The position numbers were made by a program, and so were the translations under genes. A stretch of 64,000 nucleotides of DNA, taken from assembly GCA_016721845.1 (NCBI GenBank), contig JADKHK010000007.1, forward strand, positions 112,067 through 176,066, written 5' to 3'. Below, one piece after another: positions 46,986 through 57,373 of the stretch. The stretch comes from Lysobacterales bacterium. Its GTDB lineage: Bacteria > Pseudomonadota > Gammaproteobacteria > Xanthomonadales > Ahniellaceae. The notes below the pieces were generated by a model. The model ran no database searches, had not been told where the DNA came from, and saw only the letters and a program-made list of their open reading frames with translations. Every line of letters starts with the position of its first letter. Within the stretch, counting starts at the first letter, position 1.

Positions 46986-47964
46986 GCACGCGCCCTCGTC
47001 CGCCGAAGCCGAGCCAAGCCAGCACCAGCAGCCAGATCGCGCCGCCGCTGCCGTATTTCACGAGGTCGGGCAGACGGGCGATCGAGGACCAGAAGGCCTC
47101 GATGAAAGCCGCCGCGAGCAGCATCACGAACACGCCGAGGATCAGCCGCGCGCCGATGTGTCCGGCCGCGAGCAGGGCGGCGACACGGCTGAGCTGCCCC
47201 GGCGCGATCAAGGCGAAGCCGAGACGCATGCCGGCGCCGCCGGAGATCACGATCGCCAGCAGTTCCGGTGCCGAGTGACCGACCACGAAGCGCCAGAACG
47301 GGCCGCCGTAGCCGATGCCGGTGAGATGGCCGGCCACGGTGCCGATCATCACGCCATTGCTGACGAGCACGATCACCGAGCCGAGGCCGACCAGCAGGCC
47401 GCTGGCGAAACTGCGGAAGCCGATGCTGATGTTGTTCATGATGTAGTGGCCGAACATCATCAGGTCGGTGCCGCTGTCGCGGCCGATGCGGTCGGTGCGG
47501 GCCGGGTCGTACATCTGCTCCATCTGCGCCAGCTGTTCGATGTCGAAGACGCTGTGCGCCAGCTCCGGCTGCACCTGCACCGCCACGATCATCGCGAAGA
47601 AGGGCAGGAAGAACAGCAGGCCAGAGGCCAGCATCCAGCCCCATTGCGCACGCACTTCGGCCGGAAATTCGGAGACGATGAAGCCGATGGCACGCCACCA
47701 GCGCGGATTCGGCGGCCGGTAGAGCAGGGTGTGGGTGCGTTCGACCAGTTGCCCGAGGCGCTCGATCAGCATCGGGCTGTAGCCACGGCGGCGCGCCAGC
47801 GCGAGCTGCTGGCACAGGCGTCGGTAGCGTCCCGGCACGTCGGCGGCATTGCAGCCGGCATCGCTCACGGCCGCGTTCGGCTTGCGCTGGTCGGCGACAT
47901 CGAGCCACGCGGCCAGTGCCTGCCAATCCGCTTCGTGCCGCGCGATGAACTGGTCCTGGCGCAT
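46975..47964 (-). CDS. stage II sporulation protein M (SpoIIM/DUF95)-like membrane protein (329 aa)
   Basis: Cytoplasmic N-terminal helical domain, then IMNNISIGFRSFASGLLVGLGSVIVLVSNGVMIGTVAG...GHSAPELLAIVISGGAG, the SpoIIM family pattern. Confidence 0.75.
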   Translation of the reverse strand: MRQDQFIARHEADWQALAAWLDVADQRKPNAAVSDAGCNAADVPGRYRRLCQQLALARRRGYSPMLIERLGQLVERTHTLLYRPPNPRWWRAIGFIVSEFPAEVRAQWGWMLASGLLFFLPFFAMIVAVQVQPELAHSVFDIEQLAQMEQMYDPARTDRIGRDSGTDLMMFGHYIMNNISIGFRSFASGLLVGLGSVIVLVSNGVMIGTVAGHLTGIGYGGPFWRFVVGHSAPELLAIVISGGAGMRLGFALIAPGQLSRVAALLAAGHIGARLILGVFVMLLAAAFIEAFWSSIARLPDLVKYGSGGAIWLLVLAWLGFGGRGRVHAA

Positions 47965-48644
47965 CAGCGACCGACGATGTGGTTGGCGTAGCCGAGCAGG
48001 CGTTGCACGGCCTGTGCGCCGCGCGCCTGGGTGACGAGGGTCGGCAACAGGCCCGCCAGCTCGATCTGGCGCGCCTCGGTCAGCTGCGGCGCGCGTTCGG
48101 CAAAGGCCACGATCACCGCCTGTTCCTCGGCCGGCAGTGCCAGCGCCGGGACATAGCCCGGCACGGCCGGAATGGCGTCGTCGTGGCGACGACGATCGGC
48201 ATGCACGACCAGGGTGCCGGCGACGAGATCGCCGAGCCGCCGCGCCTGAGGATCGATCGCGCAGCTGAAGAAGCCGAGTGCATAGCCGACCGGCAAGGCA
48301 TCGACGGTGCGCATCAGATTGCGGATCAGCGATGCGGTGAAGCCGACCGGCGTGCCGTTCGCATGCACCACCCGCAAGCCGACGACGCGCTTGCCCGGGG
48401 TTTGGCCATCCATGAACAACTCGAACAGGATCGGGTACACCCACATCAGCACGAACATCAAGATCAGCAGCAGCCCCTGGCCGGCTTCGCCGAGCAGGGA
48501 AATCATCATGGCCAGCGACATGAACACGCCGGCGCGAATCGCCAGGTCGATCAGCCAGGCCAGCGCACGCGGCGCTGCGCCCGCTGCACGCAAGCGCAAG
48601 GCGATGCCTTCCGGAGTCTCGTGCAGGGCTTCGGTATCGAGCAT
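47964..48644 (-). CDS. RDD-family membrane protein (226 aa)
   Basis: RALAWLIDLAIRAGV ... GQTPGKRVVGLRVV ... RRLGDLVAGTLVV. 1-nt overlaps at both ends (CATCA). Confidence 0.8.
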   Translation of the reverse strand: MLDTEALHETPEGIALRLRAAGAAPRALAWLIDLAIRAGVFMSLAMMISLLGEAGQGLLLILMFVLMWVYPILFELFMDGQTPGKRVVGLRVVHANGTPVGFTASLIRNLMRTVDALPVGYALGFFSCAIDPQARRLGDLVAGTLVVHADRRRHDDAIPAVPGYVPALALPAEEQAVIVAFAERAPQLTEARQIELAGLLPTLVTQARGAQAVQRLLGYANHIVGR

Positions 48645-49153
48645 CAGGCCAGGATCACGATGGTGTCGGCGAAGTCGTCGTGCAGGCACCGGCGGCTGTC
48701 GCGGAAGATCAGCAGCACGTTGAGCAGCGAGATGAAGGGTCCGATCAGGGGGATGTTGCCGATCAACGCGATCGCGAACCAGCGCATGAAGAGATAGCGC
48801 GCGAAGTCGACGCGTTCGCCATCGCTTCGCACCACGCGGATGCCGAGCAGGCGCTTGCCGATGGTCTGGCCGGTGCGATAGATCCCGACCAGATTCACGG
48901 TGATGATCGCGATGGCTGCCGCGACGATCAGCACCACCACGGCGATCATCAGGTTCGGGTTCTTCTGCGCCGCCGGCATCAGGATCGCAACGACGATCGC
49001 GACCGGCACCACAACCAGGGAATCGAGAATCGCTGCGCCCAGGCGCTGTCCGCGTGACGCCAGTGCCATGGCCGGTCCCGGCGCTTCGACATTCGCCAAG
49101 GGCGCACGGTAGGGATTGTCGTCGTCCGGAATGGGGGGTGGCACGGCGTTCAT
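48644..49153 (-). CDS. RDD-family membrane protein (169 aa)
   Basis: RLGAAILDSLVV ... GQTIGKRLLGIRVV ... CLHDDFADTIV. First gene of the string. Confidence 0.8.
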   Translation of the reverse strand: MNAVPPPIPDDDNPYRAPLANVEAPGPAMALASRGQRLGAAILDSLVVVPVAIVVAILMPAAQKNPNLMIAVVVLIVAAAIAIITVNLVGIYRTGQTIGKRLLGIRVVRSDGERVDFARYLFMRWFAIALIGNIPLIGPFISLLNVLLIFRDSRRCLHDDFADTIVILA

Positions 49154-49238
49154 GGGCCCTCCGATGGCAGAAATCGCACTTTATCAGCAGGGCACGGGGC
49201 TTCGATAAGATGGGGCACTGGACCCGAAGGACCTGCCC

Positions 49239-50186
49239 GTGATTCCGCCGACCCTGGTCGACATCGAAGCTGCGCGCCAGCGCATTTCCGCGCATGCGCG
49301 GCTGACGCCGGTGCTGCGCGACGAAGCACTCGATGCCGAGATCGGCGCGCGTCTGCATTTCAAGTGCGAGAACCTGCAGCGGGTCGGCGCCTTCAAGTTC
49401 CGCGGTGCCTGCAATGCGGTGTTTGCACTCGACGATGCCGTCGCGGCGCGGGGCGTGATCACGCATTCATCGGGCAACCATGGCGCCGCACTCGCGGCCG
49501 CGGCCGCGCTGCGAGGCATCCCCGCGCACGTGGTGGTGCCGGAAAACGCCAATGCCCAGAAGCTCCGCAACATCATCGCGGCGGGTGCCACGGTGCATCG
49601 CTGCGCGCCGAATCTGGCCGCGCGCGAGGCGCTCTGCACGGCGCTGGCGCGCGAGACCGGCGCGCGTCTGGTGCATCCTTACACCGAGCCGCTGGTGATT
49701 GCCGGACAGGGCACGGCAGCGCTGGAACTGCTCGATCAGGTCAATGGCATCGATGCCTTCATCGCGCCGGTCGGTGGCGGCGGCCTGATGTCCGGCTGCG
49801 CAATCGCCTTGCGCGCCCGCTCGCCGCACACGACGCTGATCGGCGCCGAGCCGGTCGGCGCGGATGATGCGCAGCGTTCGCTCGCGGCCGGTCACGTGGT
49901 GCCGGTGGAACGCCCGGAATCGATCTGCGATGGCCTGCTCGCGACCCTCGGCGAGATCAATCACCGTGTGCTCGCGCAGCATCGCGTCGAAGTGCTGACG
50001 GTGGACGACGGCGCCGTGCGTGCGGCCATGCGGCGCCTGTGGGAACGACTCAAGCTGGTCGTCGAGCCGAGTTCGGCGATCACCTACGCGGTACTGCAGG
50101 CGCAGCGCGAACGCTTCCGCGGTCAGCGCGTCGGCGTGCTGCTCAGTGGCGGCAATGTCGATCTGGACGCGATCCCCGCGTTCTAG
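49239..50186 (+). CDS. PLP-dependent threonine/serine dehydratase (315 aa)
   Basis: PLP-lysine motif GAFKFRGA, SSGNHGAALA, glycine loop PVGGGGLMSG. GTG start as in the track. Confidence 0.88.
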   Translation: MIPPTLVDIEAARQRISAHARLTPVLRDEALDAEIGARLHFKCENLQRVGAFKFRGACNAVFALDDAVAARGVITHSSGNHGAALAAAAALRGIPAHVVVPENANAQKLRNIIAAGATVHRCAPNLAAREALCTALARETGARLVHPYTEPLVIAGQGTAALELLDQVNGIDAFIAPVGGGGLMSGCAIALRARSPHTTLIGAEPVGADDAQRSLAAGHVVPVERPESICDGLLATLGEINHRVLAQHRVEVLTVDDGAVRAAMRRLWERLKLVVEPSSAITYAVLQAQRERFRGQRVGVLLSGGNVDLDAIPAF

Positions 50187-50196
50187 ACGCGCGCGC

Positions 50197-51180
50197 TCAG
50201 CCGGCAGACGCGATCGCGGTTGCCTGGGCCTTGCGCCACTGCATGAAGTCCGCGCGCGCCGCGGCATTGCGGCCATCACGCTCGCCGGCCAACAGGGCAT
50301 CGCGGATGCCGTATGCCTCCATGCTGCGCAGTCGAACGATTTCGCGTCGCACCTCATCGCGATTCCGATCCGACACGCCGACGGCGGTTGGCGCCCGCTG
50401 CAGTCGTACGGCATCGAGATGCTGCAATCGCCGCAATTGCCAATCGAATGCCGCGCGGGTCGGAAACAACTGCGAGCTCTCGATCTGCAAGGGATTGGAC
50501 CAGCATGCAGCGATCAGGTCCCAGCCGCGGCGATGCCGTTCCGTCGCCACGTCAGGCGGTTCATGCAGGACGACCGCATCGACCGCAAAGCGGAATCGCC
50601 GGCCTTCGCGCAGGATCACCTGCGCATGTGCATAGCAGTTGCAGCGCAGTCCGCCCCCATCCGGCACCGGCAGTTCGCAGCGCAGCGAACGCAGGAACGC
50701 GACATTGTTCGACGAATAGCATTCGAGTCGGCCATCGGGCCGGTCCCAGACGTAACCGAAATCCATCACCGTCGCCGCAATGCCGGTCGGGGTCGGGTCG
50801 TCGTAGAGGGTGAGGCCGCCGACGGCATCGGCGGTGCCTTCGCGCAACGGTGCGGTCAACCGGTCCAGCCAGTCGTCGCGCACCGGCCTGCAATCGCCGT
50901 CGAGATAGACGACAAATCGGCCGCGCGCATGGTTGGCCGCCCGATTCTTCTGCACATCGTAGTCGAGGCCTACGGCGTCGATCACGCGCACCGGAACGCA
51001 TGATGCCGCGACCAGCTGCTGCACCCGCCCGTCGCCGACGGCATCGGTGATCAGGATCTCGGCGTCGTTGCGTGCGGCGATCGTGCTCAACGCGGCGAGT
51101 GCGGCGTGCAAGCTACTGAAGCTCTGTCCATCGGTGACGTTGAACGATTCGGTGACCAGCGAAAATTCGGGCGATGTCAT
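50197..51180 (-). CDS. glycosyltransferase-like protein (GT2-like, 327 aa)
   Basis: FVVYLDGDC (DxD-like) in an N-terminal Rossmann-like half. The assignment is weak. Confidence 0.55.
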   Translation of the reverse strand: MTSPEFSLVTESFNVTDGQSFSSLHAALAALSTIAARNDAEILITDAVGDGRVQQLVAASCVPVRVIDAVGLDYDVQKNRAANHARGRFVVYLDGDCRPVRDDWLDRLTAPLREGTADAVGGLTLYDDPTPTGIAATVMDFGYVWDRPDGRLECYSSNNVAFLRSLRCELPVPDGGGLRCNCYAHAQVILREGRRFRFAVDAVVLHEPPDVATERHRRGWDLIAACWSNPLQIESSQLFPTRAAFDWQLRRLQHLDAVRLQRAPTAVGVSDRNRDEVRREIVRLRSMEAYGIRDALLAGERDGRNAAARADFMQWRKAQATAIASAG

Positions 51181-51195
51181 CACCGCATTCTAGGG

Positions 51196-52257
51196 TCACA
51201 ACTGCCCGATGGCTTCCAGCGACGCGACGCGGCGTTGCTCGGCGGCGTCGAAACTGCGCTCGCGCAATTGCGTGATGGCGCGATCACGGCCGGCGCCATC
51301 AAGGCGGACGTCGGCCCGCAAGGCATCGCGGGCCTGAACGTAGGCGCGCACTCGGGCGTCCCAGGCGGCCTGCTCGGCATCGGCCTGGGCCAGGCGTTGC
51401 GCCGCTTCGGCGCCGAACAGGGCCTCGCGCTCGCTCTGTCGCTGTGCCGGGTCCAGCCGCAGCGCGTCGAACTGGCGATTCTGCTCATCGACCAGCAAGG
51501 CCGTGTTCGCTTCCTGCATGCCCGCGCGCTGTTCCGGACTCAGGCGCGCATCAAGTTCGTCGAGACGCTGCCGGCGTGCGCGCTCGTCCAGCGCGTCGTC
51601 CGCCATCACGTCACGACGATCCAGGGTGTATTCGGTATAGCGTTCCTCGTCGCCGAAGAAGGCCTCGGCCATGGCCGTGTCGAGCAGCCGCTGGCGCAGT
51701 TCGTGGACGCGTGCGAGGCGCTCGCGCAGATCATCGCCGGGCGGGACGTTCATCGACGCGAGTGCCTGCTGGTAGTCGACGTAGCGATCGAACAATGCCG
51801 CGACGTCGGCCGCAACGACATCACCGTGCAGGGCTCGCACATGCGCGAGCAGCAACGCGCGGATCGCGGCGACATCGCGCTCGCCGAGGGCGCTCAGGAA
51901 ATAGTCGAACAGGCGGCGCAGTTCGAGACTGGCAACGACACGGCCACTCGCGTCCAGCGTCACTGCGCCATCGGGTTCGCTGTCGCGCAGCGACGCCGGC
52001 CAAGTGAGCGAAGCGGCCACGGTCGGATCCGTGGCGGACGGCGTGTCCGCTGCAGGTGCTGCGACGCGGGTTGATTCGATCGCGTCGGACGACGTCCCGG
52101 ACGGCGCGTCCACCGTGTCTGCTGCGCGGGGGCGGCGCTCTTCGGCAGCGCGTGTCTGCCACCACAGTGCCGCACCGGCCAGCAGCAACAATGCACTGAC
52201 CGCGACAACAAGACGGCCCGGTCGAGACCGGGCCGTCGCATGCTTCATGGGCATCAT
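51196..52257 (-). CDS. lipase-specific foldase (Lif / lipase chaperone), 353 aa
   Basis: N-terminal membrane anchor, RRLFDYFLSALGE motif, and a long helical Arg/Glu-rich body. Lies immediately downstream of the lipase gene. Confidence 0.88.
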   Translation of the reverse strand: MMPMKHATARSRPGRLVVAVSALLLLAGAALWWQTRAAEERRPRAADTVDAPSGTSSDAIESTRVAAPAADTPSATDPTVAASLTWPASLRDSEPDGAVTLDASGRVVASLELRRLFDYFLSALGERDVAAIRALLLAHVRALHGDVVAADVAALFDRYVDYQQALASMNVPPGDDLRERLARVHELRQRLLDTAMAEAFFGDEERYTEYTLDRRDVMADDALDERARRQRLDELDARLSPEQRAGMQEANTALLVDEQNRQFDALRLDPAQRQSEREALFGAEAAQRLAQADAEQAAWDARVRAYVQARDALRADVRLDGAGRDRAITQLRERSFDAAEQRRVASLEAIGQL

Positions 52258-52270
52258 GCCGCTGCTGCGA

Positions 52271-53203
52271 TCACAGTCCGGCGGACTTCAGCCGGTTCGC
52301 CTGCGTGCGGATCACCGACACCGGGTTCGACGCAAACAAGCCGCGCAGACCGAAGATCTGGTTGACCTCGTCGAGGTGGTTCCAGCCGTAGTCGTCGCGC
52401 AACACGACGCCGAGGTGCGAGGAGCACTGCCCGACCAGTCCGTCGTTCTGCTCGAAACCGAAGAACAGGGCCCCGGCACCCAGCATCGCGTCGCTGGCAT
52501 CAAAGACATTGGTCAGCACCGACGTGCCACCCCACGAGTAGTAGCGCACGCCGTTCACGCTGCTCGCGCCCTGGCCGCAGCGGTAGCTCGGCAGGCCCTG
52601 CGGATGGCGGGCATTGAAGGCGGCGGAACCGGACGACGAGAGCGACGCCAGCGCGCCGAGCGCGTACTGCGGATCGCTGTTGCCGGAGAGAAAGCCGATC
52701 AGGCTGGACAAGGCATCGACGAAACCGGCGACCAGCGGCCGCAACGGCGAGCCGGCCGGCAAGGTGGTGGCGAGCGCATCGGCGACCTTGCTGCCGGTAT
52801 GCGGCGAGCCGACCGAGGTGACCGAGGCGACCAGGTCCGGACGCACCGACGCGACGTAGCGCGCGGTCGGTCCGCCATGGCTGTGCCCGATCAGGTTGAA
52901 CTTCTGGTAGCCGTAGATGGCACGCAGGTTCACCAGGTCGCGGATCAGTTGTTCGCCGCGTACTTCGGTGTAGTTCGAGGCCGAGACGCTGCCGATGAAG
53001 ACCTTGGCGCCGCCGGCGCGCAGGTCGGACGGCACGCCGTACCAGTAGTCGTAGACGCCGAACAGCGAATCGAATCCGAGCAGGCCGTGCACCAGCACGA
53101 TCGGGTAACGCGTCTTGGTGTAGTCGGATTGCGCCGATGCCAGCGGCGCAATGCCGAACAGGGCGACGACGAGCAACAGTCGGGACAGCAGTGTGCGGAT
53201 CAT
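52271..53203 (-). CDS. secreted triacylglycerol lipase, family I.1/I.2 (310 aa)
   Basis: Signal peptide, oxyanion region PIVLVHGLLGF, and nucleophile elbow GHSHGG. Confidence 0.92.
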   Translation of the reverse strand: MIRTLLSRLLLVVALFGIAPLASAQSDYTKTRYPIVLVHGLLGFDSLFGVYDYWYGVPSDLRAGGAKVFIGSVSASNYTEVRGEQLIRDLVNLRAIYGYQKFNLIGHSHGGPTARYVASVRPDLVASVTSVGSPHTGSKVADALATTLPAGSPLRPLVAGFVDALSSLIGFLSGNSDPQYALGALASLSSSGSAAFNARHPQGLPSYRCGQGASSVNGVRYYSWGGTSVLTNVFDASDAMLGAGALFFGFEQNDGLVGQCSSHLGVVLRDDYGWNHLDEVNQIFGLRGLFASNPVSVIRTQANRLKSAGL

Positions 53204-53384
53204 GAGACTCCCCTGGATGTGTGCGTGGTGGCCGTCGCGCGATCTTGATCGTCACGCTGACGGCAACCGCACCATAGTGCCAAGTCGGTCACAAATCAAA
53301 CGTGTGTTTCAAGTGACCGTTTTGCACTGCAACAGGGAAGGCGACGGGCAGCGGTCCCGTGGGGCCGCCGCCCATCCGGATGCA

Positions 53385-54791
53385 TCACTTGGCGTCGACG
53401 AACTTGCCGAAGTCCTTGAGCTGCGCAACCACGGCGGCGTCACCGACGACGACGATCGACTGCTGTTCCGGCGCGAAATACTTCTGGCCGATCGCCTGGA
53501 CTTGCGCGGCGTCGACGGCACGCACCTTGGGCACGAACTCGCCGAGGAATTCGGGGGGCAGGCCGACCAGCCAGTTGTTCGCCAGCGAGCCGGCGACGGC
53601 ACCCTGCAACTGGTTGCTGATCAGGTAACCGCCGGCGATGTAGCGCTTGTTCATGTCGAGCTCGGCGGCACTCACGGCCTCGGCGCCGATGCGCTTGTAC
53701 TCGGCGAAGAACTCGCCGAGTGCGGCACCGGTGACGTCGTTGCGTACGTCGGCCGAGGCGATCAGGGCGCCACCCGCGACCTGGGCGCGATAGCCGAGTC
53801 CGGCGCCGTAGGTATAACCCTTGTCCTCGCGCAGGTTCTGCATCAGCCGGCTGCTGAAGCCGCCGCCGAGAATGGTGCTGGCGACCCGCAACGGGATGTA
53901 GTCGGCATCGGTCGCCGGCACCGCAGGGCGGCCGATGCGCAGCGCCGATTGCACGCTGCCGCTGCGTTCCAGATGCACGAAGCTGGGCGTGGCGCTGACC
54001 GGCGAAGCGGTCGTTGCAGCGGCGGGCTTCCCTTCGACCTGCCAATCGCCGAAGCGATCCTGCGCGAGCTTGAACGCGGCGTCGGCATCAATGCGGCCGG
54101 CGATGACCAGCAGGGTCTGGTCCGGTCGCAGGCGTTGCTTGTAGGCCGACACCAACTTGTCGCGGGTGATCGCGTTGATGCCGTCCTCGGTGTTCTGCGT
54201 GCGCGCATACGGATGCTCGCCATACACCGCTTTCAGGATGGCGCGCTCGGCGCGGAAGCCGGGCTGCGCTTCCGCCGCCTTCAGCCCCTGCAGCGCATTG
54301 GCCTTGGCGAGAGCGATCTCCGACTCGGGAAAGCTGGGGTGACGCACGATCTCGGCAAGCAGGCCGAGCATCGGCCCGGCATTGCTGGCGAGCGCATCGG
54401 CGGAGACGACGAGACCGTCATTGCTCGCGAATGCACCGACACCGCCGCCCAACGATTGCGCCGTCTCGGCGATGTGTTTCGAATCACGCTGGTCGGTGCC
54501 TTCGCTGAGCAGACCCGCGAGCGTCGAGGCGAAACCCGGCGTGGTCGCTTCGTCGGCGGCGAGGCCGGCGTTCTTGAACGCGAGCACGTAGTCGACGCGC
54601 GGCATGCCGTCGCGGGCGACCACCCACACGGTCAGGCCGTTGGCGAGCGTGCGCTTGGCGATGTCAGGCACCGGCAACGGCTTGTCGGCGGCGTAGGCCG
54701 GCAGGTCTTTCGGCATCACCGGCGCATCGGCGGCGTTTGCGGCAGGAACGATCAGGGCGCCGATCAGCAGGGCAAGGATGGACTTGGTCAT
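53385..54791 (-). CDS. M16-family peptidase, non-catalytic (beta-like) subunit (468 aa)
   Basis: Signal peptide MTKSILALLIGALIVPAANA. M16 fold pattern but no HxxEH. GGAG RBS. Lies 10 nt downstream of the catalytic paralog. Confidence 0.82.
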   Translation of the reverse strand: MTKSILALLIGALIVPAANAADAPVMPKDLPAYAADKPLPVPDIAKRTLANGLTVWVVARDGMPRVDYVLAFKNAGLAADEATTPGFASTLAGLLSEGTDQRDSKHIAETAQSLGGGVGAFASNDGLVVSADALASNAGPMLGLLAEIVRHPSFPESEIALAKANALQGLKAAEAQPGFRAERAILKAVYGEHPYARTQNTEDGINAITRDKLVSAYKQRLRPDQTLLVIAGRIDADAAFKLAQDRFGDWQVEGKPAAATTASPVSATPSFVHLERSGSVQSALRIGRPAVPATDADYIPLRVASTILGGGFSSRLMQNLREDKGYTYGAGLGYRAQVAGGALIASADVRNDVTGAALGEFFAEYKRIGAEAVSAAELDMNKRYIAGGYLISNQLQGAVAGSLANNWLVGLPPEFLGEFVPKVRAVDAAQVQAIGQKYFAPEQQSIVVVGDAAVVAQLKDFGKFVDAK

Positions 54792-54801
54792 GGCGGGCTC
54801 C

Positions 54802-56184
54802 TCACTTCTTCTCGGCATCGGTGGCGAGCATCGCCGCCGGTTTGCGATCGATCACGGTACGGTTGGCGACGGTCAGGTATTTCGCCGCGACGCGTTTCAG
54901 GTCATCCGAGGTTACTGCCTGGATCCAGCCCGGCACCTGGTTCGCGACCTTGGCATCGCCCCACAGCGCCTGGTATTTCGCGAGCGTGTCGGCTCGGCTC
55001 AGGAAACTTTCCAGACTGTTGTTCCAGTCCGCCAGCATCGCCGTCTTCACGCGCGCCAGTTCGGCATCGGACACGCCGTCCTTCACGATCTGCGCGATCT
55101 GCGCGTCCATTTCGGCGAGCACGTCCTCGACCTTGACGTCCGGCTTGTACAGCGCGAACAGGGTGAGCAAGGTCGGGCCGTCGTATTCGAACGGACCGGT
55201 GAGGCCGAACAGCGAATCGATGTTCAGGGCCATGGTCTTGCCTTTCACTAGCCCCTGGTACAGACGCGAGGCATCGCCACCGGCCAGCACGTCGGCGAGG
55301 ACCGCCATCGGTGCCTGGTCCTTGCTGCCGCGCTCGGCAATCTTGTAGCCGATCGCCACCGCCGGTACCTGCGCCAGCGCGTCGGATTGGGTGATGCGCT
55401 TCTCGGCGGTGTTCAGGGGTTCGTCCACGTCCGGACGTTTCGGGGTATCGCGCCGGGCGATCTTGCCGAAGTACTTCTCGGCCAGTGCGAAGCCTTGCTC
55501 CGGGGTGACGTCGCCGGCCAGCGACAGCACCGCGTTGTTCGGACCGTAGTAGTCGCGATGGAAGGCGCGCACGTCGTCGAGCTTGGCGCTTTCCAGGTCG
55601 ACGAAGCTGCCATAGCCGTCGTGATTGTTCTCCCACTTCGCGAACGCCTGCTGGCTGATGTCGATCCACATGAAACCGCCGTAGGGCTGGTTCTTCACGT
55701 TGACGCGGATCTCTTCCTTGACCACATCCTGCTGGTTCTTCAGCGTCTTCTCGTTGAAGTCGAGTGTGGTCATGCGGTCGGCTTCGAGCCACAGGATCGG
55801 TTCCAGCGCCGACACCGGCGCGATCTCGATGTAGTTGGTGAAGTCCGGGCGGGTCGAGCCGTTGTTGCGGCCACCGCCACCGGTGATGACCTTGTCGAAG
55901 GTGCCTTCCGGCGCGTTCGGCGTGCCTTCGAACATCAGGTGTTCGAACAGGTGCGCGAAGCCGGTACGGTTCTTCGGCTCGGAGCGCATGCCGACCTTGT
56001 AGACGACGCTGAGGCCCACCACCGGCGCGCTGTGGTCTTCGCTGACGACGACGGTCAGGCCGTTGTCCAGCGTCTTCACCGCGATCGGCAGGTCGAAACG
56101 GTCCGCATCGCCGGCGAAGGTGGAGGCAGAGAGGGACAGCCCGATCAAGACGGGCAGGAACTTGGGAGTACGCAACGCGGACAT
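54802..56184 (-). CDS. M16-family zinc peptidase (pitrilysin-like), catalytic subunit (460 aa)
   Basis: Signal peptide; inverted zinc motif HLFEHLMFEG. Confidence 0.88.
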   Translation of the reverse strand: MSALRTPKFLPVLIGLSLSASTFAGDADRFDLPIAVKTLDNGLTVVVSEDHSAPVVGLSVVYKVGMRSEPKNRTGFAHLFEHLMFEGTPNAPEGTFDKVITGGGGRNNGSTRPDFTNYIEIAPVSALEPILWLEADRMTTLDFNEKTLKNQQDVVKEEIRVNVKNQPYGGFMWIDISQQAFAKWENNHDGYGSFVDLESAKLDDVRAFHRDYYGPNNAVLSLAGDVTPEQGFALAEKYFGKIARRDTPKRPDVDEPLNTAEKRITQSDALAQVPAVAIGYKIAERGSKDQAPMAVLADVLAGGDASRLYQGLVKGKTMALNIDSLFGLTGPFEYDGPTLLTLFALYKPDVKVEDVLAEMDAQIAQIVKDGVSDAELARVKTAMLADWNNSLESFLSRADTLAKYQALWGDAKVANQVPGWIQAVTSDDLKRVAAKYLTVANRTVIDRKPAAMLATDAEKK

Positions 56185-56344
56185 GAATGTCGACCCGACG
56201 CAGTGAATGGAACGCACAGCCTAGCCGGCCCGGACGACGATCAAGCGGGCCATACGTCATTTCCGACACCGTTGGTCACGTTGCCGCCATTGCCCGCGAC
56301 CGGGTCGGCTCCGTACAGTCGGATCGATTGATCGGGGAAGTCGT

Positions 56345-57373
56345 TTGCGAACCGCCATCGTGCTGATGACCCACCGCTTCGATCCGTCCATCCTGGCCGA
56401 GTTCGAACGCATGCGCGCCGCGCTGCACGCAGGCGATCGCGCCTTCGTGCTGAGTGATGCCGAGGAATTGCCGGACGACCTCGCGGCGCCGGTGCATCGC
56501 TTCACGCTGGGGCGCGTGGCGACCCGGGCGAAACGCCTGGTCGGCCACGAGATCATGTGGAACCTGCACCTGGCCTGGCTCGACTTCTTCGACGCCCATG
56601 CCGACTTCGACCACTACTGGTTCATCGAGTACGACGCGGTCTATGCCGGACCGTGGCGCGACCTGTTCGATGCCTTTCGCGACCAGCCGCACGACCTGTT
56701 CTGCGCGCACTTGCGCCGACATGCCGAAGAACCGGACTGGCACTGGTGGCACGAGATCCATCCACCCGACGGCGTGCTTGACCCGGCGTCGTGCGTGCGC
56801 GGATTCCTGCCGATCGCGAGATTGTCGCGGCACGGGTTTGCCGTCCTGCGCGATCAGGTGCGCGCCGGCTGGAGCGGATTCTTCGAAGGGCTGCTGCCGA
56901 CCTTGCTGCACCTGCAGGGGCTGCGCATCGGCGATTTCGGCGGCGATGGTGCATTCGTGCCGGAAGGATTTCGCGAGCGCTTCTACACGAGCGCGAGCGA
57001 TCGAGCCGGCAGCTTGCACAATCTCGGCACCCACCGTTTCCGTCCGCCGCTCGCCTATCCGCGGATCCTGCCGGGTCGCATCTATCACCCGGTGAAGCCC
57101 GAGTCCTGCCTCGTCGATGCCGGTGTCGACGACGTCGAACGCAGTGGCGCGGCGATCGCCAATGCACTGGAGCAGATCCGCCAGCGCCGCCAGCAGCGGG
57201 CCGCGAGCGGCACGCGCGACGTCGATCTCGACACCGTGCTGCAAGCCTTGACCGGGCTCGACGTGCCGACCCTGCGCAACGCGATCGAGCGGCACGTCGA
57301 AGCGACCGCGGGCGATCACCGTTTCATCCTGCTGCGGCAGCGTCTGGAGCGACTGGTGGACGCCGCGGCATGA
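56345..57373 (+). CDS. hypothetical protein, possibly a nucleotide-sugar transferase-like fold (342 aa)
   Basis: TTG start. RTAIVLMTHRFD beta-strand start, WFIEYDAVY (a DxD-like position). Its stop overlaps the glf ATG (ATGA, 57370-57373). No family recognised. Confidence 0.6.
   Translation: MRTAIVLMTHRFDPSILAEFERMRAALHAGDRAFVLSDAEELPDDLAAPVHRFTLGRVATRAKRLVGHEIMWNLHLAWLDFFDAHADFDHYWFIEYDAVYAGPWRDLFDAFRDQPHDLFCAHLRRHAEEPDWHWWHEIHPPDGVLDPASCVRGFLPIARLSRHGFAVLRDQVRAGWSGFFEGLLPTLLHLQGLRIGDFGGDGAFVPEGFRERFYTSASDRAGSLHNLGTHRFRPPLAYPRILPGRIYHPVKPESCLVDAGVDDVERSGAAIANALEQIRQRRQQRAASGTRDVDLDTVLQALTGLDVPTLRNAIERHVEATAGDHRFILLRQRLERLVDAAA

Noticed and set aside
53204-53384. 180-bp intergenic region upstream of the lipase gene, with imperfect hairpin GGGCAGCGG...CCGCCGCCC near 53349-53375
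   Set aside because: Probably the M16 operon terminator plus the lipase promoter. The stem has a mismatch and a 10-nt loop, and I could not identify convincing -35/-10 boxes, so no feature was called.
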